A stretch of 64,000 nt of DNA from Octopus vulgaris (taxonomy: Eukaryota). A program made the translations under genes and the position numbers. The stretch is from contig OX597815.1 in the NCBI GenBank assembly GCA_951406725.2, forward strand, positions 52,266,001 to 52,330,000, read 5' to 3'. The stretch's first letter is position 1, and every line of letters starts with the position of its first letter. Under the pieces are notes generated by a model that searched no databases, was not told where the DNA came from, and was given only the letters and a program-made list of their open reading frames with translations. Below, piece by piece: positions 39,700 through 52,938 of this stretch.

Positions 39700-40952
39700 C
39701 GAGGTAATATCAAAATAGTCACCTTGTACCACAATACACTAGTCTCAACAGCCCTGCCACTTTGGGAATCTGACCTGGAAGTCGTTTTTCATAAGCAAGT
39801 CAAAGAGCTTCTGTGATTCACTCTGGATCACGACAAGTGTTAAAATGGTGACTTTTGAGCTGTATTTTCATCTTGGGGAAGAGATGGAAGTCTGTAGGGG
39901 CTAAATATAATGAATAGGGCAGGTGCTGAAGTGATATATGTTGTTTTTGGCAAGAAAAAAATGAGTGAGGAGAGCTTAGTAAAGAATCCAGTACTTCAGT
40001 CTCTGCAGATCCCATCGCATTTGCCGAATGTCCTCCCTCAAACACTTCAAAACATCACAGTAGAAATCTTGATTGACAGTCTGATCTTGGGGAATGAATT
40101 CTTGATGCACAATACCACATTTCCAGAGGTGACACTTGTGGCAGTTCTTCCAGATCTCTCATTGTCTTCCAGATCTCTCATTGTCTTCCAGATTTCTCAT
40201 TGTCTTCCAGATCTCTCATTGTCTTCCAGATCTCTCATTGTCCTCCAGATCTCTCATTGTCTTCCAGATCTCTCATTGTCCTTCAGATCTCTCATTGTCC
40301 TCCAGATTTCTCATTGTCTTCCAGATCCCTCATTGTTTTCCATATCTCTCATTGTCCTCCAGATCTCTCATTGTCTTCCAGATCTCTCATTGTCTTCCAG
40401 ATCTCTCATTGTCTTCCAGACCTCTCATTGTCCTCCAGATCTCTCATTGTCTTCCAGACCTCTCATTGTCCTCCAGATCTCTCATTGTCTTCCAGATCTC
40501 TCATTGTCTTCCAGATCTCTCATTGTCTTCCAGACCTCTCATTGTCCTCCAGATCTCTCATTGTCTTCCAGATCTCTCATTGTCTTCCAGATCTCTCATT
40601 GTCTTCCAGACCTCTCATTGTCCTCCAGATCTCTCATTGTCTTCCAGGGATGTTCTGCCCCTTTTGAAATGCCTGTGCCACTTGAAATGTTGCATATGAC
40701 CCATCGTCTCGTCACTGTAAGCTTGCTGAAGCATGCTGCATGTTTAACACAAAATTTCACGTTGGCTCTTTGTTCCAGTCCATGAAAAATCGCTGACTAC
40801 AGCATACACATGATCACAAAAACAAAAATTTCACAACTTGTGAAATAAACGTAGTAATGTCATTCAGCACCCTCTCACTGTGAACACACCCATGTACTGC
40901 CATCTGTTGGCATGCTACAGAACTAGTCCAGGAACTTTTTGATGCCACCTTG
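39700..40952 (-). mobile_element. Deleted mariner transposon carrying an internal minisatellite
   Basis: TA-CGAGGT..TATCAAAA / TTTTGATGCCACCTTG-TA; EQRANVKFCVK..FKWHRHFKRGRTSLEDNERSG; HLPYSLYLAPTDFHLFPKMK; QGDYF. Confidence 0.88.
40148..40647. repeat. 19-bp minisatellite (CTTCCAGATCTCTCATTGT), about 26 copies
   Basis: Directly visible; explains three overlapping repetitive ORFs. Confidence 0.97.
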
Positions 40953-41324
40953 TATACCTCATGTACCAAGCCTGTAAATTAATGAAACATATGCAAGATT
41001 TTGTCCACTATGTGCAGTTCTTTGGATACAGCCAAAAGGACAGGGTCAGGGTGTTCTAAAAGGTCTGGGAAAGGTTAGAAAACATCATAAGAGATAATAC
41101 AAATAGATTTTGTCCTCAATATGGATAAAAATCATGGGCTATGTGAGAAAGAATAAATAAAAAAGTAGAGAAGACAGATTTATGTTATGTTATAAAAGTG
41201 AAAGGTTTCGAGAAGTAATGTTTATTAATATTGCTCTTAAAAGTGAACTTGGCCATAAATTTAGGAAAGCACTAAGTGATGCTCAAGATTAAAGTAATTG
41301 AAAAACCAACCTGATCCTTTAGAT

Positions 41325-42063
41325 AAGTGGTCCCCAATCTTATTTGCACAACAGATTGGTTTCATGCAAGACTCCAGTAAGTGGAGAGGATCATGTACAT
41401 AATAAAACACAATGAAGTGCATAGCATATAATTAAATTATATATATATATATTTGTGTGTGTATGTGTGTGTGTGTATATATTTATATATGTATATATAT
41501 ATATGTATACATATATGTGTGTGTATATATATATATGATTATATATATGTATATATATATATGTGTGTGTGTGTGTATGTGTGTGTATATATATATAACT
41601 ATATATATGTATGTATATACGCACATGTAAATGAACCCACACATACTTCCCCCACACACAACACACACTGGTACATACATACATGGACATACACACACAC
41701 GTACATACATGCACAAACATGCATTCACACACAGAGTAATGCACATTTGCTCTGCAGACACAACCACCCACACAACCCCATGAATACACACACACACACA
41801 GAGGCACACACTGCACTCAAAGCACACACACACAATATATGCATACATGCACACACACATACTTCAAACTACCAGTTAAACACCTTTCTTCTGACCATTC
41901 TCCTAGGCACATGTGAAGGAAGACACACAAAAGACAGCCACTCCTACCTAAAATTCCTACTGTAAATTCTTCCTATGACATTAAGCTACACAAAGTCCCA
42001 AAACACACATACACATATAAACAGCCAAAGTCACACATGCACACATGCACATACACGTGTTAT

Positions 42064-42099
<36 letters not shown>

Positions 42100-42401
42100 T
42101 TGCAAGCATGCACATACTCACACATGCACACACATATTTCCTTCTCTTGCACTCTCCTGTCTAAGGAAGAACTATTTTTCACCCATTACCTTCTGGTCAT
42201 TTCAAAATATAACCGTGTGTGTATCATTTGTGATTTCTTCTTCTGTCTTCCCTTCCTTTGGACTTTCCTCCATTTCTGATGAAGAACTTGGCTCGAAACG
42301 TTAAATCCTCTTTCCTTCCTTTCCTGAGCATCTTATATTACAGTACTTGCACTACATCCTTGCGTTATTGCTCTTTCTTGTTCATCCTTCTTTGCTTGGA
42401 T

Positions 42402-42461
<60 letters not shown>

Positions 42462-42625
42462 TATATATTACATATATAATACACACATAATGCAAAAATA
42501 TGTTACAGACTGCAATAAACAATAAAACAAGAATAAAATTTTAAAATATATTCTTTCTGGGTGACATGCCAGGAAATGACCCATGGCCTGGCACTGGTTC
42601 TCAGCCCAGTATTTGGAAATCCCTG
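41325..42625. mobile_element. hAT-Charlie (MER1-like) MITE inflated by microsatellites and a PLE remnant
   Basis: Ends aAGTGGTCCCCAATCTT / TTGGAAATCCCTG; 8-bp flanks CTTTAGAT / GTTTAGAC fit a Charlie NTCTAGAN target. Confidence 0.6.
42272..42306 (+). ncRNA. Minimal hammerhead motif in a PLE-type tail (about 42130-42405)
   Basis: attt-CTGATGA-agaac.ttg.gctc-GAAAC-GTT-aaat; loopless palindromic AACGTT stem III; upstream DSHSYLKF resembles the PLE RT thumb. Confidence 0.6.
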
Positions 42626-43337
42626 GTTTAGACCACAGAGAAATTGTACAACATCTTTTGATTGGACCAGCTGTACCAATAATAATTATACTAGCAGTAC
42701 CTGTGGAAATTACATGGTAAATACAAAATGTTTTAGATGGTTGTAAGTTTATTTAGAGCCATAAAAATTAGTGTTCCTTTATAAATTGTATATTCTGCAT
42801 AATTTTCATTTAAAAACTACTTTCAGTTCTGGATAAGGCTGTAATTAAAGGATCATGACTTTCTCATTCTTTCAGCACTTCAGAAGTTTATTTTTAAATC
42901 TAAGAGCTTCATAATGATTACAGAGAATATTCATATCACCAATGTTGTAACTTTCAACCATTTTTTTACAGCTTTTTTGACCTTCTCTCTTATTTTCATT
43001 TTCTTTTCTATCTTGAACACATTCTCTTAGCAATTGTAAATACTATATACTTTTTGATTCATATTTTACTTCCTTCATGCTTATGCTCATGTGTTTGTTC
43101 TTGTGATTTGACCTGCTTTCTTTACACTGTTGCTTATATCATCTCATCCTTTCTCTTATTAGCTTACATTGCCTGTCATCCATATTTTATAAATGAATAT
43201 CAATTTTCAAGTGATCATATGATAAATAATTGCACTTATGTGCATGCTTTAAGTGAGAGGCGATTTAAAAAATTTAGTTCAATTAAAACCAACTACATTT
43301 TTCACTATCTACTCGCCACTGTCATTTCCACCACCAC

Positions 43338-43375
<38 letters not shown>

Positions 43376-43624
43376 ACACCAGCCCCAGAACATCACCCCT
43401 ATGCTAAACATTCTCTTTCTAACTCTGTTTCTCTATATCACTCTCTTCAACTAACTTTTTAACCATGTAATAACTACTATGTTTCTCTTACCTCACATCG
43501 TTAACACTTCTCTCTCTCTCTTTCTCTCTTGTTCTCCATTTTCCCCTTCAGCTAATCATGTGACAGCATAATGCATTTCAGCTTTAGTATATCAATATAT
43601 AAGTGGTATATAAAATAAATCCTA

Positions 43625-43760
43625 AGATTAAATTGTAAAATTAGGAATGGGGTATACCAGATGAAATGTGTGGAAGGTGACTGCAAGACTGCCACTATAA
43701 TATATATAGGTGAAACTACCCTTAGCTTAGCTAAAAGAATGGAAGGCAGAATTAGATATA
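43625..43760 (+). mobile_element. GIY-YIG endonuclease fragment (PLE), not in the ORF track
   Basis: LNCKIRNGVYQMKCVEGDCKTATIIYIGETTLSLAKRM. Confidence 0.75.
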
Positions 43761-43977
43761 ATTCCATTTCTGTTACCACCACCACCACCACCACCACCAC
43801 CACCAAACAATAATACCACCACCATCCCCCACCAGATGTAAATTCTCCCACCAACAACATAGGTGCATGTGGGTGTGGGTGTATGTATGTGTGTGTGCGT
43901 GTGCATGTATGTAAGTGTGTGTGTGTGCAACAACCACTCTGTATGTATGCATATATGTGCATAATCATATATATACA

Positions 43978-44032
<55 letters not shown>

Positions 44033-44034
<2 letters not shown>

Positions 44035-44218
44035 AGACGCAATGGCCCAGTGGTTAGGGCAGTGGACTCGCGGTTGTAGGATCGCGGTTTTGATTCCCAG
44101 ACCGGGCCTTGTGAGTGTTTATTGAGCGAAAACACCTAAAGCACCATGAGGAAATGTCGGTGCATCAGCATGGCTGCAGCTCTGAGCTGAAACTAGAAAA
44201 AAAAAAAAAAAAAAAAAA
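44033..44218 (+). mobile_element. SINE family C head with alternative tail and poly(A)
   Basis: GCAATGGCCCAGTGGTTAGGGCAG...GGTTTTGATTCC nearly identical to the copy at 49172. Confidence 0.85.
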
Positions 44219-44769
44219 TATGGTGCAAGCAAGAAAACTAGAACTCAAAATGAGTATATGTATATTTTTGCATACTTTTATTAATATTCAGCAGAAGCAA
44301 CAAAGTGACTCAAAGTTCTGGAGTTTCAAGTGTTAGCACTGCTTCTGCTAAATCTTAACATATATATATATATATAGTTCAAAATTACAGAAAACAAAAG
44401 ATGAAGACAGGTGTGTGTGTATGTATGTATGTATGTATGGATGGATGGATGGACAGATATGTGTGTATGAAGAGGTACAAATCTGTGTGGCTGGATTTAT
44501 TAAATCCTTTCACACAGAGAAAAGAACAAAAAGTAAGCATACCACTACAGAACTATGACATACTTTGATATGATAAGACACAGGAACAGGCAACAAGTAG
44601 ATTTACATGTGCATGCCCTACCACCACCACTACACGCGTGTGCGCGCACACACACACACACATACATACTATGGACATAGACACAAAACAAGAAATACCA
44701 TACGAATTCAAACCCCATGAAATATGTATACACTTCCACACTCATTTTCACCTATCAAAAAATAAAACA

Positions 44770-44806
<37 letters not shown>

Positions 44807-44986
44807 GGAGACGATATTTTGTCAGTCAACAGGTCGTGGTTTCAAAGTGACGAAAATATTTTGACAAATTAAATTTAAATGTTCAAATGAATCTAACAGT
44901 TTTTGTGTGTTTTTAAATGGCTTATAAACATCTTCCTTGCTGCAATTGTTTATACAAACACACATACATGCATACACGCACGTACG

Positions 44987-45052
<66 letters not shown>

Positions 45053-45054
<2 letters not shown>

Positions 45055-46085
45055 GGGGTTGGACAAAATAATGGAAACACCTAGCATCATAGCATCATAA
45101 TTTTTGAAATATCTACAAAAGCTTGTTTATTTTTTGATTTATCGTTAGTGTTACTTAATACGTTTTGTTTAAATTGCTGTTTCTTTTCAGATATCATCAG
45201 AAAAAGCTAAAATGATAGATCTATTGGACTTTCAAAGAGGTCAAATCGTTGGTGCTTGTATGGCAGGCGCTAGCTTAACGAAAACATCTGAAATGTTTGG
45301 TGTATCAAGAAGTACTGTCTCAAAAGTTATGACAGCCTGGGCAAAACCTCCTTGTCAAAACAAAACTCTGGAAGAAAACCAAAGCTTTCAGATACGACTG
45401 TCGGACTCTTACTCGGATTGTTAGAAAGGATCACAAAAGTACAGCTCCCAGAATTACTGCAGAGCTTAATGACCACCTCGAGAACCCAGTTTCCACAAAA
45501 ACTGTTTGCTGGGAACAAAGCCAGATTTCATGGGAGGGCTGCAATCAGAAAACCATTACTTTCAAAAACAAATGTTGCAAAGCATTAAGAGTGGAGTAAA
45601 AACCTACAGAATTGGTCTTCAGAGCAGTGGAAGAATGTTATTTTCTCAGACGAGTCATTCTTTATCTTATTTCCAACCACCGGCTGAGTATATGTGTGGA
45701 GACAGCCAAAAGAAGCATTTGACCCAAACTGCCTTCTTCCAACTATTAAACATGGAGGAGGATTTGTAATTATAGGGGGGGGGGGGGGGCTATATCTTGG
45801 AAATCCACCAGCCCATTGGTTTCCATTCATGGCAGAATTAATAGTCAAAACTATTTAAGCAGAATATATCTAATCAAATTCATCCTATGGTTGTGTAACT
45901 GTTTCCAGAGGGAAACGCAATCTTTCAGGATGATAATTCACCAATTCACACTGCTAAAATTGTTACTGAATGGCACAAGGAACATTCTAGTGAAGTTGAA
46001 CATCTTATCTGGCCACCACAGTCCCCAGATCTCAATATTATTGAACATTTATGGTGCATTTCAGAAAAACAAGTAAGGAGTCAAT
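45053..46085 (+). mobile_element. Tc1-like transposon, 3'-truncated, transposase pseudogene from 45212
   Basis: TA-CAGGGGTTGGACAAAATAATGGAAACACC; DFQRGQIVGA..AGAS...FGVSRSTVSKV; SGRKPKLS; VIFSDES; FQDDNSPIH; WPPQSPDLNIIEHLW. Confidence 0.92.
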
Positions 46086-46087
46086 AT

Positions 46088-46231
46088 CATTTGACTATGG
46101 CTATACTGGAGCTCCGCCTTGAAGGGTTTTAGTTGAACAACTCAACCCCAGGATTTATTTTTTTAAACCTAGTATTTATTCTATGAATCTCTTTTCCCAA
46201 AGTTATTGGGATGTAAACACAGATACAAAGA

Positions 46232-46282
<51 letters not shown>

Positions 46283-46445
46283 GATGGACTTCTTACTGTT
46301 TCTGTCTACCAAATCCACTCACAAGGCTTTGGTCAGCCTGAGGCTATAGTAGAGGACACTTGTCCAAGGTGATTATACAGTAGGAGTGAACCTGGAACCA
46401 TGTGGTTGGGGAGCAAGCTCCTTACCACACAGCCATACCTGCTCC
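46088..46445 (-). mobile_element. SINE family A truncating the Tc1 element
   Basis: Family A motifs on the minus strand. Confidence 0.85.
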
Positions 46446-46779
46446 AAAATATATGAATTCATAGAATATTAACAAAACAAGATGGTGAGTGACGTTACAT
46501 TAAATTTGTTCAAAAAGCACGCACAATATATAGAAGCACAAACAAATGGAAAACACACACAGAATGTCACCAAATCCTCATCAGTTATTGTCCAAAGGAT
46601 TGCATCGATTTCATGCCTTTACTGATGATATTGATCTCCTTTGGTAGCGTCAGCAATGAGAAGCCACTAGTAAATGGTTAGCAAATGAACAAGGGACCTA
46701 ACGAAGCAGAAAATGAACATACAAACAAATATGCAATATACAATATACATTATGCAAATTATATATATATAAATATATA

Positions 46780-46962
46780 GGTGCAGGCATGGCTGTGTAG
46801 TTAAGTAACTTAATTTACAATGATATGGTTTCAAGTTCATTTCCACAACATGGTATCATGGTCAAGTGTCTTCTACTCTACCTGCTGGGTTAACCAATGC
46901 ATTGTGAGTGAATTTAGTTATTCAGAAACTGTAGAAATCCATCATAAATATATATGTATCTA

Positions 46963-47003
<41 letters not shown>

Positions 47004-47222
47004 CTGTGTGTGTCTTTCAACTTGACTTTAATCCCTCCCCCACTTGACAACTGGTTTTGGTTTGTTAATGTCCCCACAGTATAGCGTAGTCACTTGGCAA
47101 AAGAAACTGACAGAATAAGTACCAAACTTAAAAAATAAGTAGTGGTCCATCTGTTCAACTAAAACCCTTCAATGCAGTACTCCAGCATGACCACAGTCCA
47201 TTGAATGAAACAAGTAAAAGAT
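46780..47222 (+). mobile_element. SINE family A (diverged)
   Basis: GGTGCAGGCATGGCTGTG...GAAACAAGTAAAAGA. Confidence 0.8.
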
Positions 47223-47271
47223 ATATATGTGCACACATACACTCACACACATGCATATCTAAATACATACA

Positions 47272-47365
<94 letters not shown>

Positions 47366-47375
47366 TACATATATA

Positions 47376-48119
47376 TAGCCTATGGGAGCCTTGGATGTGA
47401 ATTTTTTTTCACATGACAGTTCTGGACCCCAGTCATAAACTCATTTGCATACAGCCAATCAGAGCTCAACTATCAAACTAGAGTCCACCTAGTCACGAAA
47501 ATACTCTGGTTGAGTTCAGTGGAAAATGTGTGTTACAGCAAAATCTAATTGTTCTAAACAGGTTAATAGGGGTGACAAATGTGAAATGTAGTGTATAAAG
47601 TGAATGGAGAGCTGCACACCAATGATGTCATAAGTGCTGCCAATTTGTGTAATTTACTAGAAAATGTAAATGAGTGTAGTTTCCTAATTTTTTAACTGAT
47701 TTTGTACTTTCCTAATTGAAAATGTTGGTGTTGATCTGGAAACATAATCAATATGGTGTTGTGTCGTATTGCACCCTCCTATCAATGGGCACATGCAGTA
47801 TCACTTATCTCAGTCTCAGCATAGGTACCTAATGTTAGCTCCATATAGAGATGGTGCTCAATTGATCTATAAGGATGTGGAGGGGAGATGGTGCTTAAGT
47901 GAGACATGCTATGCTGTACTCACAGAGTGGCATACCCCATTCTATGTCTACCTGGCTGTGCTGTAGTAGTACACAGTATGTGGATTTTCAAGCTGAGTTC
48001 TGATTGCCCGTATGCAAATGAGTTCATTACTGGGGTCCGGAACTCTCGTGGGAAAAACTTTTGAGCCCTGGACATCCCACAAATAAGCTGAAGAGCCGAC
48101 AAGAACAATGTATAGGCTA
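47376..48119. mobile_element. Non-autonomous inverted-repeat element
   Basis: Ends TAGCCTAT / ATAGGCTA; about 75-bp subterminal arms 47403-47477 and 47986-48058. Confidence 0.65.
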
Positions 48120-48257
48120 CTGAGAAAGCATCTTGATGGACGCTGAATATTGTTTCTGCTAAATATTAATAAAAAATACACACACATGCATACACACACA
48201 TATGCACACTCACACACACACACATGCACACACATGTACACACACACAGACACACAC

Positions 48258-48306
<49 letters not shown>

Positions 48307-49018
48307 CACATGCCACTCTACTCTGTACTGTTCTCTCTCCCCCTTTCGTTTTCTCTCTCTTCCTTTCTCTAATTCTTTTTCTCCCCTTCATTTTCTATCT
48401 GTCTCTCTCTCTCTTTTTCTCCTTTACTCTCTCTTGTTGCTCACACGTGACCATCCTCCATCTTTCTTTTCCTTATGTGATAATCTTTCTTTTCTTTCAT
48501 TCTGTCTTACAGACCAGACACATTCTTATCTGTCTCCTCTTCTATCTCTTCTCTTGTCAAAGACAATATTCCTCCAGCGTTTACTACCTTACCTCGTCTG
48601 GCCTAATAGCCTTCCATGTTTGTTTTCATTTGGTTTGTTGTATGTCTCAACTGTCCTGATTTTGTTACCAACTTTGACCCTCTGCAAATCCCAAATTTTA
48701 TTTTGGCTTTTGTGGGAGCAACTGCCTTTCAAGGCCTCATATTGGCGTTAATTGCTCGAAATGAGTAGATGGACGGCCGACAACTGATGAAGGGTCGTTC
48801 TTTATGTTACTTGTCTTGTTTGCCCTTTGTTTCTCTCATTCGCATGCCGAAGTTCTTTGTATTTCATGTTGTTTTCATATGTCATATTTCATGTTTATGT
48901 TTTGTGATGTCCTGTACCAATATATGCATATATATGTAGGTATGTGTATATGCATATATATATATATTTTACTTATATCATTGTATGATTGAACACCATG
49001 CATCTATTTCTAAGTAAG

Positions 49019-49171
<153 letters not shown>

Positions 49172-49558
49172 GGAGGCGCAATGGCCCAGTGGTTAGGGCA
49201 GCGGACTCGCGGTCGTAGGATCGCGGTTTCGATTCCTGGACCGGGCGTTGTGAGTGTTTATTGAGCGAAAACACCTAAAGCTCCACGAGGCTCCGGCAGG
49301 GGATGGTGATGATCCCTGCTGTACTCTTTCACCACAACTTTCTCTCACTCTTACTTCCTGTTTCTGTTGTACCTGTATTTCAAAGGGCCGGTCTTGTTAC
49401 TCTCTGTGTCACGCTGAATATCCCCAATAACTACGTTAAAGGTACACATGTCTGTGGAGTGCTCAGCCACTTACACGTTAATTTCACGAGCAGGCTGTTC
49501 CGTTGATCGGATCAACCGGAACCCCCATCGTCGTAACCGACGGAGTGCTTCCATCCAT
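49172..49558 (+). mobile_element. Full-length young SINE family C
   Basis: tRNA-like head with A box TGGCCCAGTGG and B box GGTTTCGATTCC; CpG-rich; tail CGTCGTAACCGACGGAGTGCTTCCATCCA. Confidence 0.9.
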
Positions 49559-49785
49559 TCATATTTATAGGTATGTTGATTAGAGCTAATCATGCTGTAG
49601 ATATATAAATTCACAAGGCTTTGACCTGCAACTAGTTAGGTAAGTGCCAACACATGAAACCCTCAGACCTTGAGTCACAGTATTACTTCAGCTAAATATT
49701 CATTAAAAAAAACGTGTGTGCATGTGTGCCTATGTGTGGTCACTCAACCATCAAGCAATAGCAGCAAAGCCTCCATCCAATAATG

Positions 49786-49816
<31 letters not shown>

Positions 49817-49817
49817 A

Positions 49818-49871
<54 letters not shown>

Positions 49872-50141
49872 GAAATGAGGTACTCAGAAATTTGGATGGT
49901 TTTATATTTACAGATATTTATTTGTATATTACATGTTTTTATACATCATATAACTTAGATCATGTATTAGCGCTTTCTCCCATTCTAGTGGGGTTTTCAA
50001 ATCGAACTAAGTTCCTGTGAAAAAAGCTTTGACCATTTTATAGTGGTATTGAGTTTGTAGTGGTGGGGAGGAATATAAGACAGTACAAGAGGATGATGGA
50101 TGGGGAGAAAGTGAGATATATATACATATGTGTGTGTGTGT

Positions 50142-50211
<70 letters not shown>

Positions 50212-50742
50212 TGAGAGAGAGAGAGAGAGAGAGAGAGAAAGAAAGAGAGCAGTAGATAAATAGAGATGGATGGATCTCTGGCAGATTTGACAATCAGGAT
50301 TAGGTTGTTTGATAAAGTGGATTATCTGATTGTTTATATATGGTTTGGAGGGAGATTTTACTACTATTGCTTGCTTGTGGCGTAACCACATAGAGGCTCT
50401 CTTCTTTAGCTGAAGAGGATGATGTTGATAGTGGTTGTGACAATGGTTGTAATAATAATGCTGATAATGATGATAGCAGTGATAAAATGATAATATTGAT
50501 GGCAACAATGATGATGATGATGATAATGGTGATGATGATGATGATGATATCTAGTCTGCTGAGAATAAGAATAAAAAATGAATTACTTCTGTCTGAAATA
50601 AAATCTTTTTTAACATGAATGTTTTCCAAAACACACTTCTTGTCACATTTTCCAATTTATTTTTGAATTTGAGTTTAATGTGCTGTTGCTACTAGTGATG
50701 GTGGTGGCGGTGGTACTGATGGTGGCAGCAATAGCACAGCTG

Positions 50743-50831
<89 letters not shown>

Positions 50832-51169
50832 TCAACAGCAGCTGCGGCGCCAACAACGACAACAACAACACCTCTGCTATAACTACAGCAATCAGCAAGA
50901 GAAGGAAAACTTAGAAATTAATAGGCAATTACTAATGAATCATCAGTATGTCTGTTTTTCTTTGTTACTATTTCGTAAGACTGTTCACTATTACTTCACA
51001 GTTTCATTAAAGACATTAAAAACAAGGCTTTTTTTCATGATTTGCTTCTTTCCCCATTCCTCCCACTTCATCTCTTTTTGTCTCTGCCTATCTCATTCAT
51101 TTTCTCTCTCTCCACCTTTTCTCGGTTAGCTTTTTTACAAACAACTGAACTAAAGCTACAAGGAAGTTA

Positions 51170-51840
51170 GTCCTTACAGTAAAGGCAAGAGGTGGCAAAT
51201 GCCTTCATTGTCTTCATCAACTCTTACCATCTCACTGTCATGCCATATCCCAGTTTACATCTGACCGGACAAAAGTGTCTGCTTTGCCACATTTTCTCAA
51301 AGCGATGTATTCCACTAGTTAGGCTCTCTGTTTGCTGTCACCACCCACAGTGTCAGGTGCTGGGCATGCTGTGGATGATGACGATGATGATGATGCACAA
51401 GCATGTGCTGAAGCAGTGATATCTCCAGCAATTCCTTGATGGTAAACATGTGTGGTCACTGTTTATTGGATGCATATTTCCATAGCTTGCCTCTTTGACA
51501 AGGTTGTAGTTCTGTGTTAAGCAAAAACCTGAGATAGAGTGCCTGGCATCTCGGATGTTGTCAAGGTCTCACCAGTCAGGCCATGTGGTAGGTAGAAGTT
51601 CCACATTTGCATTCTGTTCTTGAACAGTTTTACGCCACAGCTCATAGATAACCTCATGGATAATCTCATGGATAATCTCCAGAACTCCCTGGTCTGGCAG
51701 TGCAACTGGGAAGTATTGGTGGTTTGAGGTAAACTCTACAGGCATGGAAGTGCTGTTGCTAAGCTTATCTGAGAGGTGCACAGAGTGATGAAACCATTCT
51801 ACATGCACTTGACCAGTGCCAGAGCATTACTGACTTATCT
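51170..51840 (+). mobile_element. L1/Tx1-type LINE ORF2 remnant (post-RT and zf-RVT region)
   Basis: PLVRLSVCCHHP...LGM; MDNLQNSLVWQC...KLYRHG...SDETILHALDQC. Confidence 0.7.
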
Positions 51841-52879
51841 TTTATCTTTTTTCTTTCACTTGTTTCAGTCATTAGACTGTGGCCATGCTGGAGCACTGCC
51901 TTGAAGAATTTTAGTTGAACTTGTTGACTCTAGTGCTTATCTTTTTTGCAGTCAGACTCTTCTACCAAACTACTAAGTTATGGGGACATAAATACACCTG
52001 CACCAGTTGTCAAGTAGTGGTGGTGGACAAACACATACATTAAGACACACAGATATATATACAATGGACTTCTTCCAGTTTCTATCTACCAAATCCACTC
52101 ACAAAGCTTTGATCAGCTTGAGGTTATTTGTAAAAATCATCTCTTCGCTTTCCTTTGGCTGGAAAGGTCAGGCAGGCTTTATCTGTGTGGTGACTTTGAC
52201 AAAGTGGTGTATGATGAATAAGATTAATCCTTAAACTGCAAAATTAAATTTCATGGTTATTCCTGTAATGTTGTTAAATATCTAATAAAAAATAGAATTG
52301 GTATTTTCTGCAAGTCACATTGCCTCAATAAACATGACATAATTTAGCAAAAAATAGTTTTGAACATGAAATTCTTCAACAAAAGAATAGATTGGTATTT
52401 AAAACTGCTTTCTGCAGTTAAGGCTAATGAAATTTTCCGTGAATATATCTGATATCCACAGTAAAAAGATTTAAAAAATGCTGAAGATAGATACCTTTTT
52501 CTTTTGCTAAGCCCAAATATTTCCTTTCTAAGTTTCCCTTGAAAAGAGCAATTAGGGGGAAGAGAGAAGTACTGTCTCTAAGTAAATTTATTGAAAAGTG
52601 AATGAGAGTAGCAAATGTGGGCCTAGCAAATGTCCTTCTTTGAACATGTGCCTGCAGATTAGAGATTAGGGTGACTATATCCCATGGCGGTCTCTCCCTC
52701 TTGGGAATTGAATAGCCCATGAAGGTCTTTCTCTTTTGGGAAATTTTCTTTGAATGCTTTGTTGTTTTTTTATTTTTAATTCCCTTTTTTCCATGCTTTT
52801 TATTTAATTCCATACTGTTTTTTCCTGTACCATCTTTTCTCTTTTAGTCAACCCTTGATGGTTAATAAAGAAAGCATTA

Positions 52880-52936
<57 letters not shown>

Positions 52937-52938
<2 letters not shown>

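Noticed and set aside
39910-40785. Repetitive ORFs or a CRISPR-like array
   Set aside because: Head-to-tail 19-bp units with no unique spacers, derived from mariner sequence in a eukaryotic context.
49172-49250. tRNA gene
   Set aside because: The tRNA-like head continues into a SINE body and recurs at 44033.
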